A DNA stretch of 64,000 nucleotides from Ginglymostoma cirratum (lineage: Eukaryota): the NCBI GenBank assembly GCA_024137785.1, contig JAHRHZ010000047.1:3540425-3604424 (forward strand), read 5' to 3'. Numbering within the stretch: position 1 is the stretch's first letter; each line of letters starts with the position of its first letter. This document shows positions 61,201 through 64,000 of the stretch, in pieces. Below the pieces are notes generated by a model. It saw nothing but the letters and a program-made list of their open reading frames with translations. It did no database searches and had not been told where the DNA came from. Both the position numbers and the translations under genes were made by a program.

Positions 61201-64000
61201 AGTGCAACCATATAACCACGTCTACAGAACTGAATCTCTATGAAATGTAAAATGAGTTTTGTTTTTAAGACCTGGCATTGTTTGTGGTGGAGTATTTGCA
61301 ATAGTTTTGCTTTGGTCGGGGCTGTGTTAGACGTTATCGAGGTGGCTTGGCTTTCAAAACGCTCTGAATGGTTTTTAAAAACTCCCGGAGTGTACGGTTT
61401 TATCACTACTGCTAGCAGCGCTGGTTATTATTGACAATATTTGCAAATATATTAATTCAATCCAAGTAAACATTATTTCATAATTCCCACTGGTTGGTAC
61501 GTTTGCAGACAAACTAAAAGCACTTAATTGTACTGTGTATTTTTCCCACTTAACTGAGTCGGGTCTTTTGCGCGTAGAAATTCGGGATTCCGCTGAAATG
61601 GTGTTAAAACGGATAGACAGGAATCTGGAGTCAGTTTAGATAGCAACTACTTTAACTAAATTACGCCAGGAAGCCTCTGTATGTAAATGAGCCTTTCAAT
61701 CGGTATTTGAATATATTAGCACGTCAGTGCTCCAGTTTCGACATATTAAACGGTGACGTGAACAAAATAATGAGCCAGGTTTCAAGGGTGACATGTAGTT
61801 TGAGACTCAATTTGTAAATTTTGTTTCTTTACAAAAACCGAGGACAATGATGCCAGGTGATGACAGCCACTGTGGCTGTTGGCAATTTCTTCTCATTTAC
61901 TAAATTGCTCATTCCAAACAAAGATTTGTAAACACAACAGAGCACACGCAAGTGCAAATGTAACTGGCGTACATTTCAGCCGCCTTGAATCAAACACATT
62001 TTAAAATACAAAATGGGTTATAATGTGTTTATTGGTGCAGCTGAAACGTTGAGGTAATATAGGATTTGTTTCAGGACAGTAGAAAAAAGATACATTATAT
62101 ATTTAGTCGTTTTCCTCCTCTCTAATTTCCACTGCCTAACGGTATTTCTAAGGCTGTCGTGCATCAGCCACTAATGCAAACTGGCGAGTGTACAACATAC
62201 GTGCGAGAAATGCCTTGTTTTGAATTCCTTCTGGAATTCGATTAGACAACAATAAAACGCAGGTGACAAGCCAGTTGCACCCGCTATGTACTTTAAGTTG
62301 TGTAAGCAAGTTATTTTTACAAAGTTGTATTTAATTTATTATTTTACGTATCTGGCGCGTTGCTTAGAAACCAGAAATGTTTAATCACTTCAAGTGTATC
62401 TTCCACGGGGCACGATGTTTCCAGAACTTAGGATTTTTTTGGCGGGTGGGGAGCAGATCTCTTGTGATTAATTATTTTAATTAAAATTCTAAGCCAAATT
62501 CAGCTGTCCGCAAGTGAAGAGACGCCTGTTTCTGGACTAGCGCCGAAACCTACTTCAGCTAACTCCCTGACAGTGTGACAGTTTTCTTTGTGAGATAGAA
62601 CAAACACATTTTAACTGGAAGCATTTTGGGGGATTCTCATAAACGTTTAGTTACATATGGAAACATTGGCTCCCACTGTTTGCACGCGATTTTCTTGTTT
62701 GCTTTCTAATGATAAGAGAATCGATACGAGTTCTGGAATATTTTAAGCTAAATAGCTGAACTCTGGGAAAGTTCTACACCTGTGACATTTCCTGATTTTT
62801 GCTTGTCAGTGTCCTTGTAGCCTCATTGATTTATAACTAGCTAATACCCTGCCACATTTGTTTTCTGTTAATGTTTGGCTAAACTGAAGGCGTTTACAAG
62901 CATTTAAATGATGTTACTGATATTCCGGCAGGCAATGCAATCTCCACGTTAAAGATCATTATAACAATTTTAAAATGTGGCATAATTTTGGAAACGTGAA
63001 GTTAATTCCACCTGCAAGATTAAGTGGTCTATGTGAGAAATTAATACTACGAATGCAGATTTTCACCAGTGTTTGCGGTGCACGATAGATGTTCTAAACA
63101 AGATATACGGCCAAACTGTTGAAGTCAAGAGTAGAATTATCGGCTGCTGTTTGTTCATTCTCCGGCCATTTGTGCAACCGTCGTTGTTTCGATTAGGTTT
63201 CAGTAAATAATTAAAATCACCATTGATAGCCTTTTTGCACTTGCGAAGATGACGACGATTGTAATTAATAGGTAAATGATGAAGTTTAAAGTGTTATCTG
63301 CCTATATCTAATTTGAGCGAAGTGATTGATTTGGGTCAAATGACGTAGAAGCAATTAGAGAGAGGCAAATGATAGAGCTTCGAGCTTTTCAGTGGGAGCT
63401 TTGCAGCACATGTAAACTCATTATTTCAGGCATTCTCCCATTTCGCCTTGGTCAGTGTCTCCAAAGATTCCCAGCGGAAAGATTCCCAACAAATATGTCG
63501 ATCAGTTGATTTTCGCTTAAAGTATTGCTTGTTCAGATAAGGTCTTTCTTGCGCAGCCTTGTTGCTAGCTTGCTATAAAAGGAGCGATATTTTAGTAGGA
63601 TTTTGAATGTAATTAAACTCGCGTGTTTACTCGATAAGAAGACGGGTTGTCACATCCAATGCTAAAATATTCCACTGGTGAATCTCAAAATCATCTCATT
63701 GTAATATCTTATTAGTGTATCCAAACACAGCAAATTACAAATATGAATGGGTAGTGTGTTTGTGTCTTATTTTCCCCTCTTTGATCTTAAATGGGTGTTT
63801 CTGTTCTGTCAGTCCTCCTCCACAACGTAAACGTAGCAGTGTGGAGGATTTATCGTAGCGTGCCTACAAGTTCCACCCGTCCCTGAAACTGATTCATACA
63901 ATAAGACCAAATGAGTTATTATTCAGAGTTTTCGAATCACCGATATCTTCCAAAGGACCACTGCGCCATCTAATGGATGAATCTGTGGTTTCAATTCCCG
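58252..64000 (+). other. ONECUT1: ONECUT1 intron 1 (5' part); homeodomain exon not seen in window
   Basis: GTAAGA donor at 58252; no ACKRKEQE/homeodomain ORF in the track downstream. Confidence 0.85.

Overview
Vertebrate genomic DNA, most likely from a cartilaginous fish (shark), inferred from HE1-like, DeuSINE-like and CR1 repeats. The only host gene I can support is coding exon 1 of ONECUT1 (HNF6) at 57141-58251 on the + strand, with its proximal promoter and the start of intron 1. The homeodomain exon lies beyond the window. The first ~42 kb is CpG-depleted gene desert with decayed elements: Rex1, CR1 and L2-like LINEs, several SINE families, Penelope-derived ends with fossil hammerhead ribozyme cores, a Harbinger relic and a solo LTR with an intact TSD. 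From ~41.9 kb the DNA becomes CpG-retaining and transposon-poor, as expected for a hypomethylated developmental regulatory domain. Most short ORFs in the track are spurious or transposon debris. I found no clearly new protein-coding system. The best leads are regulatory and RNA-level. Repeat names come from remembered consensus features rather than a database search, and repeat boundaries are approximate.
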